Shown here in pieces: positions 1-8,826 of a DNA stretch of 64,000 nucleotides. Position 1 is the stretch's first letter. Each line of letters begins with the position of its first letter. Both the position numbers and the translations under genes were made by a program. The notes beneath the pieces are model-generated. The model did no database searches, was not told where the DNA came from, and saw only the letters and a list, made by a program, of their open reading frames with translations. The stretch comes from Candidatus Multivorans sp. (GTDB lineage: Bacteria > Acidobacteriota > Thermoanaerobaculia > Multivoradales > Multivoraceae), in the NCBI GenBank assembly GCA_965220845.1, contig CBDCRA010000005.1, positions 294,290 to 358,289 of the forward strand, written 5' to 3'.

Positions 1-554
1 CTCCAGGCGTGGGTGTCGAGACCCACCTGTGCGATCTCGGGCTGGTCGACCACGAAGGCCACGGCCCCGGCGCCCTGGGTCGGTTCTCCCGGGTCACCCT
101 GTTCGTAGAGCGCGATGTCGGCGGCGACCACCAGGGCAGCCTTGTCCCGGGCCGCGCCCGACATGCGCCACTCGCAGGCCTGGCGCAGGGCCAGGGTGCC
201 GCCGTAGCAGGCATGCTTGACTTCGTAGGAGCGGATGTTCCCGACCAGGCCGAGCTCGTCGGCCACGAAGGCGGAGAGGGGCCGGCTCATGTCGACCGCG
301 GTCTCCGTGCCGACGGCGATCATGCCAATGTCCTCCAGGCCGCCGTCCCATCGGGAAAGGGCGCGCCGGGCGGCCTCGGAGGCCAGGTCGACGATGCTGA
401 ACTCCGGCGGGCAGAGGGAGATCTCGGAGCAACCCAGCCCGATGCGGTACTTGTCCGGGTCGACGCCGCGGAGCGACGCGAGTTCTTCCACCGGCATGGC
501 CAGTGGCGGCAGGTGGAGTCCTATGGAGGCGATGCCCGTGTCGATCTTGGTCAT
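1..554 (-). CDS. mvaS: Hydroxymethylglutaryl-CoA synthase family protein (3' end outside window)
   Basis: Not in the ORF track because it runs off the window. Manual translation from ATG 554: MTKIDTGIASIGLHLP...VGTETAVDMSRP...YEVKHACYGGT...GEPTQGAGAVA, which are HMGS catalytic Glu/Cys motifs. Confidence 0.85.
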   Translation of the reverse strand, partial: MTKIDTGIASIGLHLPPLAMPVEELASLRGVDPDKYRIGLGCSEISLCPPEFSIVDLASEAARRALSRWDGGLEDIGMIAVGTETAVDMSRPLSAFVADELGLVGNIRSYEVKHACYGGTLALRQACEWRMSGAARDKAALVVAADIALYEQGDPGEPTQGAGAVAFVVDQPEIAQVGLDTHAW

Positions 555-771
555 TTCGTCCTTCCTCGCTGAACCTTTGGGGGTGGCTTCCGGGCGCGCT
601 GGCAACGGGTTCAAAGTGTCGCCGGTCCGGCCGGTACGAAAAGAAGAGAAAAGGACGGTAGCACGGAAATGTGCCGCGCTGGAGATTTTTCTTTTCGAAA
701 TATGACTGAACTATTGGAACTTTCAGGAATCCGTGAAAGCTCCCGCGCGGGCGCACTCGTGCGCCGATCGT

Positions 772-821
772 CGCCGCTTCGCGGCGCGTGGTTTTCCGCG
801 GGTCAGAGGACCCGCGGCTAC
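772..821 (-). repeat. REP-like palindrome GTAG-CCGCGGGTC-CTCT-GACCCGCGG plus GCGAAGC hairpin
   Basis: 9-bp perfect stem, near-identical to the copy at 16403-16450. Its GTAG supplies the TAG stop of the FGE gene. Confidence 0.75.
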
Positions 822-1762
822 ATGGCGCAGCGGAAGCCGGTGTTGTCGAGACCGGAGTCGGGCGCCGACTGGTTCCGGTTCGCGTTCCGGTAGCCCTCGC
901 AGTAGCTGGCGGCGCAGAGCCAGGAACCGCCCTTCAGGACCTTCTCGCCGCCCGCGCCGCCGGGCCGGTACCAGTCGTCGACCCACTCCCAGACGTTGCC
1001 GCCGAGGTCGAAGACGCCCAGCGCGTTCGGCGGGTAGGAGCCGACCGGCGCCAGGTAGGTGTGGCCGTCGGCCGCGTCGTCCCGGCGGGGAAAGTCGCCC
1101 TGCCAGACGTTCGCTACCCATTCGCCTTCCGGGGCCGGCTCGTCGCCCCAGGGATAGTGGGCCCGGCCTTCGCCGTCGTTGCCGGCGCCGGCGGCGAGGT
1201 CCCATTCGGCCTCGGTCGGCAGGCGCTTGCCGCGCCAGTCGCAGTACGCCCTGGCGTCTCCCCAGCTCACGTGCACGACCGGGAGGTCGGCTTCCGCCGC
1301 GGAATCGGGTCCGCGGGGATGACGCCAGTAGGCGCCTTCGACGGCCAGCCACCAGGGAGTCCCCGCTACGCGCTGTTCGAGATCCGGGGTCGCGGTGTCC
1401 TCGGGGTGAAAGACGAGGGACCAACCCCAGCGCTCGGCTTCCGTCTCGAAGCCGGTCGCGTCGACGAATGCGGCGAAGTCGCGGTTCGTCACTTCGTGGG
1501 TGTCCAGGTCGAAGGCCGCGACCTGTTGATCTTCATCGGAGCGGGGAACGGTTCCCGCTGGCACGCGGACCATCCCTTCGGGCGGAAGCTCCGGGGCCGT
1601 GCAGGCGACGGTTGCGAGCAGACAGGCCGCCACGAGCACCAGAGCGGAGCCGGCCTGACGGCCGGCGCGTTGTCTTCCACGGGTCAGAAGACCCGTGGTC
1701 ACACGCCTCCGGCGGCAGCGGGTCAGAAGACCCGCGCACCCGGCCAGAGCGGAGACGGTCAT
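818..1762 (-). CDS. Formylglycine-generating enzyme (SUMF1/FGE) family, predicted lipoprotein
   Basis: RLPTEAEW, GNVWEW and GGSWLCAASYC (CxxxxC) motifs; lipobox-like TVAC. ATG 1762 overlaps the ATL stop (ATGA). Confidence 0.9.
   Translation of the reverse strand: MTVSALAGCAGLLTRCRRRRVTTGLLTRGRQRAGRQAGSALVLVAACLLATVACTAPELPPEGMVRVPAGTVPRSDEDQQVAAFDLDTHEVTNRDFAAFVDATGFETEAERWGWSLVFHPEDTATPDLEQRVAGTPWWLAVEGAYWRHPRGPDSAAEADLPVVHVSWGDARAYCDWRGKRLPTEAEWDLAAGAGNDGEGRAHYPWGDEPAPEGEWVANVWQGDFPRRDDAADGHTYLAPVGSYPPNALGVFDLGGNVWEWVDDWYRPGGAGGEKVLKGGSWLCAASYCEGYRNANRNQSAPDSGLDNTGFRCAM
1677..1741 (-). repeat. Two tandem REP-like palindromes (GGGTC-TTCT-GACCC core) inside the FGE 5' coding region
   Basis: Units at 1677-1702 and 1718-1741. 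Reverse complement of 1704-1741 matches 17883-17920 at 37/38 nt. Confidence 0.8.
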
Positions 1763-2091
1763 GGTCTCCACCCGAAGCGATCCAGGTCGATGCGGCCCCG
1801 GCGGTCGAAGACGACGCCTTCCTCCTGGAGCAGAAAGCGCTGGAGCTCCACGCTCTCGAGCGGGTCGAGTCCGCGTTCGCTGATCGAGCCCCTGACGTTG
1901 ACGACGCGGTGCCAGGGCACGTCGTGGCCGTTCAGTCGGGCCAGCGCGTAACCCACCTGCCGGGCGTTGCGCGGGCGGTTCGCCAGCGCGGCGATCTGGC
2001 CGTAGGTCGCCACCCGGCCCTCTGGAATCAGCCGGACGATGCGACGGAAGGTCTCCTGCAAACCGTCAGGGCTCTGATCCGGGAGCGTCAT
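1759..2091 (-). CDS. Alkyltransferase-like protein (ATL/YbaZ, MGMT family)
   Basis: IPEGRVATYGQIA...ARQVG...PWHRVV, with Trp replacing the catalytic Cys. Start uncertain (2091 or 2127). Confidence 0.9.
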   Translation of the reverse strand: MTLPDQSPDGLQETFRRIVRLIPEGRVATYGQIAALANRPRNARQVGYALARLNGHDVPWHRVVNVRGSISERGLDPLESVELQRFLLQEEGVVFDRRGRIDLDRFGWRP

Positions 2092-2125
2092 CGTCGTCTG
2101 GCTGCGTGTTACCTTGGGGTCAGGC

Positions 2126-3385
2126 ATGTCCTCCGCCGACCGAGGTCGCAGCCGCCTCGACCGGCGGCGCAACTACGCTGCCCTCCTGGCCCACGGCCTG
2201 CTCGGGATGACGGGGTTCCGGCTGCTCCAGGCCCCGACCTTCCTGCCAACCTACATCAACCTCCTGACCGGCGCCAATGCGGCGGTGGGCCTGGCTTCCG
2301 CCTGTCAGAGCCTGGGCATGTTCGTGTCGCCGCTGTTGAGTGCCGCGTTCGTCGAGCACCGCAGCCACGTCAAGTGGGTGGCGCTGCTGTTCGGCGGCCT
2401 GATGCGGTTCCAGGTGTTACTGCTGGCCCTGCTCGCGCTTTTCGCTCCGGTGGAGGTCGCGGTGTTCCTGGTCTGGCCCGTGCTGCTGATGTGGGGTCTC
2501 TCGAGCGGCATGCAGATGGTCGCGTTCAACCTGCTGTTCGCGAAGTCCGTACCGGTCGGTCGTCGCGGGCGGCTCCAGGGAACCCGAAACCTGGCCGCGG
2601 GGACTTCGGTGATTCTGCTCTCGGTGGCCGCGGGCTGGGTGCTCGACGAGTACGGTTTTCCACGCGGCTACGGCCTGACCTTCCTGGGCGCCGCGCTGCT
2701 GGCGGCGACCGGGCTGGCGTTCATGGGTTTCATTCGCGAGCCCGCGGCCCTCGACGTCCACGACGCGGGGCTCGACCTGCGCGCCCGGCTCGGCAAGTTG
2801 CCGGATCTCCTGCGCTCCGACCCCCACTACGCCCGCTTCCTTTCGGCGCGTCTGCTGACGGGCGCCGCCCGGGGCGCCCTGCCGTTCTACGTCCTGCTGG
2901 TCGGCGAACGGTTCGGTGTCAGCGGGGCGCGTCTGGCCGGCCTGACCGTCACCTTCGCGGCGGCGCAGTCCGTGGGCGCGCTGATGTGGGGCCTGCTGGG
3001 CGACCGCTCGGGGTATCGCGCCGTCTACGTGCTGGCGCTCGGTTCCTGGATTCTCGGCAGCCTGACCGTGCTCTGGGCGCCGGCCTTTTCGATCGCGTAC
3101 GCGGTCTTCCTGCTGGTGGGGGCGGGGTTCTCCGGCGTGATGCTGGCGTCCCAGAACCTCGTCCTGGAGTTCGGCCGCGAGCGGGACCGTCCCATGCGGA
3201 TCGCCGCCACCCACTCGCTGGCCGAGGCGAGCGGCGTAGCGGGGTTCCTGACCGCCGGCGTGGTCAGCCAGGTAGCCCCGATCGAGAGCGTCTTCCTGAT
3301 CGCAATCGTCCTGCATCTGCTGGCCCTGCGGAAGTTGATCCGTATCGAGGATCCGCGGCGGGCGACGCACGAGCGCGCTGTTTAG
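2126..3385 (+). CDS. MFS transporter
   Basis: About 12 hydrophobic segments; GLLGDRSGYR motif A-like. Confidence 0.85.
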   Translation: MSSADRGRSRLDRRRNYAALLAHGLLGMTGFRLLQAPTFLPTYINLLTGANAAVGLASACQSLGMFVSPLLSAAFVEHRSHVKWVALLFGGLMRFQVLLLALLALFAPVEVAVFLVWPVLLMWGLSSGMQMVAFNLLFAKSVPVGRRGRLQGTRNLAAGTSVILLSVAAGWVLDEYGFPRGYGLTFLGAALLAATGLAFMGFIREPAALDVHDAGLDLRARLGKLPDLLRSDPHYARFLSARLLTGAARGALPFYVLLVGERFGVSGARLAGLTVTFAAAQSVGALMWGLLGDRSGYRAVYVLALGSWILGSLTVLWAPAFSIAYAVFLLVGAGFSGVMLASQNLVLEFGRERDRPMRIAATHSLAEASGVAGFLTAGVVSQVAPIESVFLIAIVLHLLALRKLIRIEDPRRATHERAV

Positions 3386-3391
3386 CGGGCC

Positions 3392-3407
3392 TGGCACGGA
3401 CCTTGCT
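3392..3407 (+). promoter_or_regulatory. Sigma54 (-24/-12) promoter
   Basis: TGGCAC-GGACC-TTGCT matches the TGGCAC-N5-TTGC consensus exactly and lies in an intergenic region. Confidence 0.7.
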
Positions 3408-3417
3408 TCCTCCCTGT

Positions 3418-3717
3418 GTGTCGGGATTGCAAGCGTCATCCCGAAGATGTGGAAATCATCGGAGGAGGTCCCCCTCAATCAGATTCCTTCCCCAACAGCG
3501 AGCCAACCGGCGGCACGGCCGCGTACTCGACACGCTTGGTCAGCCGTTTGCCAGTGCCCATATGCCGGTAGAGCCTCCTGCTCGGAACCTCCGACTCGCG
3601 CGTCCAGAACGCTGCGAGCCCTTCCAGAATCCCTCCAACCGGACCTCCTCCGCGCCACTTCCTCAGTTTGTTCTCCTGGTCGCCGTTGCCGACATTCACT
3701 TGTCGGCGGCGGCGACC
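3418..3717 (+). ncRNA. Candidate sigma54-dependent small RNA
   Basis: Lies downstream of the sigma54 motif with no credible ORF. Has a 5' hairpin (3421-3445), repeated CCTCC motifs and a 17-bp 3' stem fully paired only on the + strand (U-G wobbles). Confidence 0.45.
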
Positions 3718-3739
3718 GACCGCGCCAGAATGGCACGAC

Positions 3740-5263
3740 TCAGAGGCTGAGGCGTTCGTCCAGGTAGCGTGACACGGCGTCGACCGACAGCCGTTCCTGG
3801 GCGCCCGTGTCGCGGTCGCGCACGGTGACCGTCCGGTCCTCCAGCGTCTGGCCGTCGACGGTGAAGCAGTACGGGGTCCCGGCCTCGTCCATCCGCGCGT
3901 AACGCTTGCCGATCGACTGCTTCGCGTCGTACTGGATGCGGTAGCGGCGGCGCAGCTCGAGGTAGAGGGACTCGGCGATCTCCGGCATGCCGCCCTTGTT
4001 GACCAGGGGGAAGACGCCGGCGTGGATCGGCGCCAGGCGGTGAGGGAAGCGCATCAGCTCGGAGGAAGGCCGGCTCTCGTCGACGGAGTAGGCCTCGCAG
4101 AGCAGGGCCAGCACGCCTCGGGTGAGTCCGGCAGCGGGCTCGATCACGTGCGGGGTGAAGCGTTCCCGCGTCTGCGGGTCGAAGGTCTCGAGCTTGACGC
4201 CGCTCCACTGCTGGTGCTGCTCCAGGTCGAAGCTGCCGCGGTGGGCGACACCTTCCAACTCGCCGTAGCCAGGCTCGCTGAACGGGTACTGGTACTCGAC
4301 GTCGAACGTGCCCTCGCCCGTCTGGGCGTAGTGGGCGAGTTCGGATGCCTCGTGGCGGCGCAGGCGCAGCCGGTCGCCGGCGAGACCGAGATCGCTCCAC
4401 CAGTCCATGCGTTGCTGCGTCCAGAACTCGAACCAGACCTTCGCTTCGGACGGATGGCAGAAGAACTCCATCTCCATCTGCTCGAACTCGCGGGTGCGGA
4501 AGGTGTAGTTCCTGGGAGTGACCTCGTTGCGAAAGGCCTTGCCGATCTGCGCGATGCCGAACGGCAGCCGCACTCGTGAAGTATCCAGCACGCCCTTGTA
4601 GTTGAGGAAGATGCCCTGGGCCGTCTCGGGCCGCAGGTAGGCCGTGTTCTCTTCGCCGGAGGCGGCGCCGACGAAGGTCTTGAACATCAGGTTGAAGTCG
4701 CGCGCGTCGGTCAGCGTGCCCGCCTCCGAGGCGCCCGGGGCCCAGACGTGGCCCCGCTCGGCGTCGTCGAGTTCAGCAAGCGGCAGCGACTCGAAGTCGT
4801 CGAGGCTCGGCCGCCCGCGCATCGCCTTGCGGGCGGTTCTGAGTGCCGGATCCGGTTCGCCCTCCAGGTAGGCGAAGTAGGCAGACTCCTCCAGCGCCCG
4901 CTTCGGCCGCAGGACGTGCAGGTGGTCCGCCCGGAAGCGGGCCTTCGTCTCGCGGCAGTCGACCATCGGGTCGGAAAAGCCGCCGACGTGGCCGCTCGCC
5001 TCCCAGGCCCTCGGGTTCTGGATGATCGAGGAGTCGATGCCGACGATCGACAGGGGCGAGCCGTCGGGGCCCAGCGGCGGGCACTCGACCATGTCGCGCC
5101 ACCAGGCGTCGCGGAGGTTGTTCTTGAGCTGGACGCCGAGCGGGCCGTAGTCCCAGAACCCGTTGATCCCGCCGTAGATCTCGGAGGCCGGGAACACGAA
5201 CCCGCGGCGCTTCGCGAGCGCCACGATCCGTTCCATCCGTTCGTTGCCTGTGGGCTGTGACAT
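3740..5263 (-). CDS. glyS: Glycine--tRNA ligase (homodimeric GlyQS type)
   Basis: KRRGF, YLRPETAQGIF, GKAFRNE, EFEQME, VIEP and SIGKRYAR motifs; AAGGAG SD before ATG 5263. Confidence 0.97.
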   Translation of the reverse strand: MSQPTGNERMERIVALAKRRGFVFPASEIYGGINGFWDYGPLGVQLKNNLRDAWWRDMVECPPLGPDGSPLSIVGIDSSIIQNPRAWEASGHVGGFSDPMVDCRETKARFRADHLHVLRPKRALEESAYFAYLEGEPDPALRTARKAMRGRPSLDDFESLPLAELDDAERGHVWAPGASEAGTLTDARDFNLMFKTFVGAASGEENTAYLRPETAQGIFLNYKGVLDTSRVRLPFGIAQIGKAFRNEVTPRNYTFRTREFEQMEMEFFCHPSEAKVWFEFWTQQRMDWWSDLGLAGDRLRLRRHEASELAHYAQTGEGTFDVEYQYPFSEPGYGELEGVAHRGSFDLEQHQQWSGVKLETFDPQTRERFTPHVIEPAAGLTRGVLALLCEAYSVDESRPSSELMRFPHRLAPIHAGVFPLVNKGGMPEIAESLYLELRRRYRIQYDAKQSIGKRYARMDEAGTPYCFTVDGQTLEDRTVTVRDRDTGAQERLSVDAVSRYLDERLSL

Positions 5264-5347
5264 CCGATGCTCCTTTCGCCGGTCGGGCGGCACGGTAACA
5301 GCTTGCTACGATGCCTCCCTTCCTCTTCCCAATCTGGAGCAGAATCG

Positions 5348-6742
5348 ATGGCTACAGCCCCCGCAACCGTGCCGGAAACCCACCCGCTGTCTCGCCCTCT
5401 CCGCCCCGATGGCGACTGGCGCCATGTCTTCTCGTATCACCCGATGGACGTCGAGATCGAGCGCGCCGAAGGCGTGTACATCTACGACCGGGAAGGCAAG
5501 CGCTACTTCGACGTCTCGGGCGGTCCGATGGCGGTCAACCTGCCGCACAACCATCCGAGGATGAAGCGGGCGATCGCGGCGCAGCTCGAGGACTACGCCT
5601 ACACCCATCCCTCATTCGCCAGCCCGAAGCGGGCCGAGTTCTGCCGGTTGCTCGCGGAGATCACACCGGCCGACCTCGATCACACCTACCTGGTCTCGGG
5701 CGGGTCCGAAGCGGTGGAGACGGCAATCAAGCTGGCTCGCCAGGCGCAGATCGCGATGGGGAACCCGGCGAAGTACAAGATCGTCAGCCACCGCGACTCG
5801 TACCACGGCATGACGCTCGCCACCCTCGGCGTCTCGCACAACCCCGCCAGCCAGTCGCGGTTCGAGCCGATGCTGCCGAAGTGGCCGGGCATCCGGCAGT
5901 ACTCGGACTTCGACCGGCCGGAGGGGACGAGCCGCGAAGAGTGGGGCGTTCAGTGCGCCCAGGCGCTCGAGACCGCGATCCACTACGCCGGCCCCAAGAC
6001 CGTGGCCGCCTTCCTCGCGACGCCCCACGGTTGCGGCGCGGACTACGCCTGTGTCCCGCCGGACAGCTACTGGCGCGCGATCCGGGAGATCTGCGACCGC
6101 CACGAGGTGCTGATCATCGCCGACGAGGTCGTCACCGGATTCGGCCGCACCGGGAAGTGGTTCGCGATGGATCACTTCAGCGTCGATCCCGACATCATCA
6201 CGATGGCCAAGGGCATCTCGAGCTGCTACGTGCCGTTCGGCGCGGTGTCGGTGTCCAACAGGCTCAACGAGCCCTTCGAGAAGGGCTACTCCTTCGTGCA
6301 TGGCTTCACCTTCGGCGGTCACCCCCTGGGCTGCGCGGCGGCTTGCGAGGCGATCCACATCATCCGCGACGAGAAGCTGATCGAGAACTGCAACGAGCAG
6401 AGCCCCCGGCTCTTCTCCTACCGCGACGAGCTGCTCTCCCATCCGACGGTCGCCGACGTCCGTGGTTGGGGCCTGATGATGGCGATCGAGCTCGTCGCGG
6501 ACAAGGAGACGATGGCGTTCTTCGACAAGAGCGTCGATGCGCAGACGCTCTTCCAGTCCCTGGCGCTCAAGAACGGTCTGGCGATGTACAGCTCGCTCTA
6601 CGGCGCCGCCCGCCATCCCGCGATGGCCCGCGGCCTGCCGATCTGGGTGGCGCCGCCCCTCTCCATCGACTCCGGCGAGATCGACGAGATGATGGGCAGG
6701 CTGCTGACGATGCTCTCCGAGTGGGAGAGCGCCGTCCTCTAG
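5348..6742 (+). CDS. Class III PLP-dependent aminotransferase
   Basis: SGGSEAVE, SYHG, ADEVVTGFGRTG and DIITMAKG (PLP Lys). Confidence 0.93.
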   Translation: MATAPATVPETHPLSRPLRPDGDWRHVFSYHPMDVEIERAEGVYIYDREGKRYFDVSGGPMAVNLPHNHPRMKRAIAAQLEDYAYTHPSFASPKRAEFCRLLAEITPADLDHTYLVSGGSEAVETAIKLARQAQIAMGNPAKYKIVSHRDSYHGMTLATLGVSHNPASQSRFEPMLPKWPGIRQYSDFDRPEGTSREEWGVQCAQALETAIHYAGPKTVAAFLATPHGCGADYACVPPDSYWRAIREICDRHEVLIIADEVVTGFGRTGKWFAMDHFSVDPDIITMAKGISSCYVPFGAVSVSNRLNEPFEKGYSFVHGFTFGGHPLGCAAACEAIHIIRDEKLIENCNEQSPRLFSYRDELLSHPTVADVRGWGLMMAIELVADKETMAFFDKSVDAQTLFQSLALKNGLAMYSSLYGAARHPAMARGLPIWVAPPLSIDSGEIDEMMGRLLTMLSEWESAVL

Positions 6743-7578
6743 TTCTCTTCGGCTCTCTCTTCCAGGCGGCGCTCCAGCGCTTCCAGCTGCTCCTTCAGGG
6801 TCGCCAGGCGTTCCTCCAACGCCTGCATGTCGGGGCGCCGCTCGTGGAGGAGCCGCTGCATGCGTTCGTGCCGCTCCTTCCATTCGTCACCGTCGAAGTA
6901 CTCCTGGATCTTCTCCTGCAGACCATCGAGGTTGTCTGGGCCAATGAGGAGGTCGACGTCGCCGTCGCCGTCCAGATCTTCGCTCCCGCGCAGGAAGGAG
7001 AAGTAGTTCGCCTGGAGGTCGGGTCGGGGCCGTTCGTCCAGGGTCGTGCTGACCGTTTCGACCTTGCCGTCGCGCCAGATCTCGAGGTCGGCCGGATCGC
7101 CGGCCTCCGCCTTCCGAACCATGGTCGTCAGCTTCCGTGAACTCGTTACATCCTCGCCGTCGAAGCGAGTGATGATGTCGCCGACCTGGACACCGGCGCG
7201 GGCCGCCGGGCTGTCGTCGACGACGTTCGAGACCAGGACTCCGCTGCCCTCGGGGACACCGAAGTGGGCTCGCAGCGGCTCGTTCAGGCTGACGAGCTCG
7301 ACGCCGAGGTAGGCGCCGCCCCAGTGCAGGGCGAGTGTCGGCCAGCCTCGATCGACCAGCTCGCGGAACTGGACGAGCGGCATGTGGGCGTTGTGGTCAT
7401 CCTCGACGACCTCGACCTGTCCGTCGCCGAGCACCATGACCCGGACGACACGCTTCTGCTCTTCAGGTTCCTGGGCGAAGGCGGCGGCGCTCGCGCCCGT
7501 CGCCGCGACCGCGGCCAGGCTCGTGACAAGAGTGAGTCGGGAGAGAAGACGGGACGCGAGGAAACTGCTCGTGGTCAT
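6739..7578 (-). CDS. Secreted PDZ-domain protein with C-terminal coiled coil, no protease domain seen
   Basis: Signal peptide; YLGVEL...GVLVSNVVDDSPAARAGVQVGDII PDZ signature. Confidence 0.85.
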   Translation of the reverse strand: MTTSSFLASRLLSRLTLVTSLAAVAATGASAAAFAQEPEEQKRVVRVMVLGDGQVEVVEDDHNAHMPLVQFRELVDRGWPTLALHWGGAYLGVELVSLNEPLRAHFGVPEGSGVLVSNVVDDSPAARAGVQVGDIITRFDGEDVTSSRKLTTMVRKAEAGDPADLEIWRDGKVETVSTTLDERPRPDLQANYFSFLRGSEDLDGDGDVDLLIGPDNLDGLQEKIQEYFDGDEWKERHERMQRLLHERRPDMQALEERLATLKEQLEALERRLEERAEEN

Positions 7579-7590
7579 GACGGAATGCTC

Positions 7591-8004
7591 CTATTGGATT
7601 CGGCGGCTCCCCGTCGACGCAAGGCTGACGGGAAGCGCTTCGATGTCGCGGAGGTCGAAGAGGACCTCGGTCTGGGGATCGATGGAAACCGGTACGAAGG
7701 GCTGCGTGTCCTCGGCGAGTCTGTGGAGGGCTTCCAGTTCCCGGCTCAGTTCCTGGTACTCCGATCTCAGTTGTTCAAGGCTCTCCGCGGTGACCGTCGC
7801 CGGTTCGGCGGGCGTGGACTGCCGCGTCCACCAGGCGCCGGCCGCCGCGGAGACGACGACGACGGCGACGGCCGCGACGGCCAGTCGCAGGCGTGGCGCC
7901 GGCCGGCCTTCCTCGCCGGCGCGGACGCGGCGCAACACGTCTTCAGTGAAGCCGTCGGAGGCGTCGACGCGGGGCAGGCGTTTCAGGTCGAGTTCGTCGG
8001 TCAC
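7591..8004 (-). CDS. Probable membrane-anchored anti-sigma factor
   Basis: GTG start overlaps the sigma stop; single TM segment followed by a coiled coil; lies directly after an ECF sigma gene. Confidence 0.7.
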   Translation of the reverse strand: MTDELDLKRLPRVDASDGFTEDVLRRVRAGEEGRPAPRLRLAVAAVAVVVVSAAAGAWWTRQSTPAEPATVTAESLEQLRSEYQELSRELEALHRLAEDTQPFVPVSIDPQTEVLFDLRDIEALPVSLASTGSRRIQ

Positions 8005-8666
8005 TTCGATCCTCCGTTCCAGTAGTCGTGGAGGTCTTCTCGCAGCAAATCCTTGGCGCGGTGGACCCGGGACTTGACGGTTCCCTCGCGACAGCCGAGC
8101 GCCTCGGCGATCCGGGCGTAGGGCCAGCCCTCGATCTCGCGGAGCACCACGGGTGCCCGGTAGTGGAGGGGGAGGCGGCCGATCGCCGTGGTGACGGCGT
8201 CGACCGCCTCGTCGCACAACGCCGCGCCCTGCGGCGATGGCGCCGGCGGCCTGAGCCGCTGCTCGGCCACGAGCGACGGCAGCAACCCCCGCCAGCGGGC
8301 GGCGCGGCGCTCCTCGCTGCGCAGTTGATTCGTGGCAATCCGGAACAGGAACGCCTGGAACTGACCCCGTTCGCGGTACCGGTCCGCCGAGCGGTAAACC
8401 CGCACGAACGCTTCCTGCGCCAGGTCCTCGGCGCGCTCGCGGCTGCGGGTCATCCGGGTCAGGTAGTTCACGAGGAGGTCCTTGTAGCGATTGACCAGGT
8501 CGGCGAAGGCCTGCTCGTCGCCCTCCTTGACGCGGGCCATGAGCGCTCCGTCCTCCAGCGCGCGGTCCGCCCGTACCGCCTCCGGCGTGGCGGTCATCTG
8601 CGCCGGGGCGCGTCGGGGTCTCCTCGGCGCCGCCAGCGGATCGGGCCTCAGCGCGGCCACCGGCAT
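8001..8666 (-). CDS. ECF sigma-70 family RNA polymerase sigma factor
   Basis: AEDLAQEAFVRVY, FLFRIATN and YARIAEALGCREGTVKSRVHRAK. Alternative start at 8597. Confidence 0.93.
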   Translation of the reverse strand: MPVAALRPDPLAAPRRPRRAPAQMTATPEAVRADRALEDGALMARVKEGDEQAFADLVNRYKDLLVNYLTRMTRSRERAEDLAQEAFVRVYRSADRYRERGQFQAFLFRIATNQLRSEERRAARWRGLLPSLVAEQRLRPPAPSPQGAALCDEAVDAVTTAIGRLPLHYRAPVVLREIEGWPYARIAEALGCREGTVKSRVHRAKDLLREDLHDYWNGGSK

Positions 8667-8675
8667 CTCAGTTGT

Positions 8676-8703
8676 TGTAACGCGCGAAAGCGCGAAGTGT
8701 TCC
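8676..8703 (-). promoter_or_regulatory. Putative ECF autoregulatory promoter GGAAC-N17-GTT
   Basis: Minus strand GGAAC-ACTTCGCGCTTTCGCGC-GTTACAAC immediately upstream of the ECF ATG at 8666. Confidence 0.55.
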
Positions 8704-8712
8704 GTCAGTGTC

Positions 8713-8759
8713 GGTGCGCCGGCCTTCTGGCCGGCATCAGGTGCCGCCGCGAAGCGGCG
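8713..8759 (+). repeat. REP-like palindrome GGTGC-GCCGGCC-TTCT-GGCCGGC plus CGCCGC-GAA-GCGGCG hairpin
   Basis: First 26 nt are identical to 29324-29349. Confidence 0.75.
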
Positions 8760-8826
8760 TGCGCGAGAAGGTCTCGGGCTAGACTCCGGCCCTTCCCTCG
8801 AAAGTCAGCAACCAGGAGGAGCCCGA

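Noticed and set aside
658-677. Sigma54-like GGCAC...TGC upstream of the HMGS gene
   Set aside because: GG-to-GC spacing is 11 nt rather than the required 10.
733-3750. 1005-aa + strand ORF and other long Arg/Pro/Gly-rich ORFs (e.g. 10899-13511, 25758-28541, 38718-40682, 61379-63319)
   Set aside because: Shadow frames of well-supported genes in high-GC DNA, with no recognisable motifs.
3447-3767. Small ORFs in the MFS-glyS gap, or a minus-strand CsrB-like GGA-repeat RNA
   Set aside because: The ORFs lack convincing SD/start pairs, and both the promoter and the wobble pairing favour a + strand RNA.
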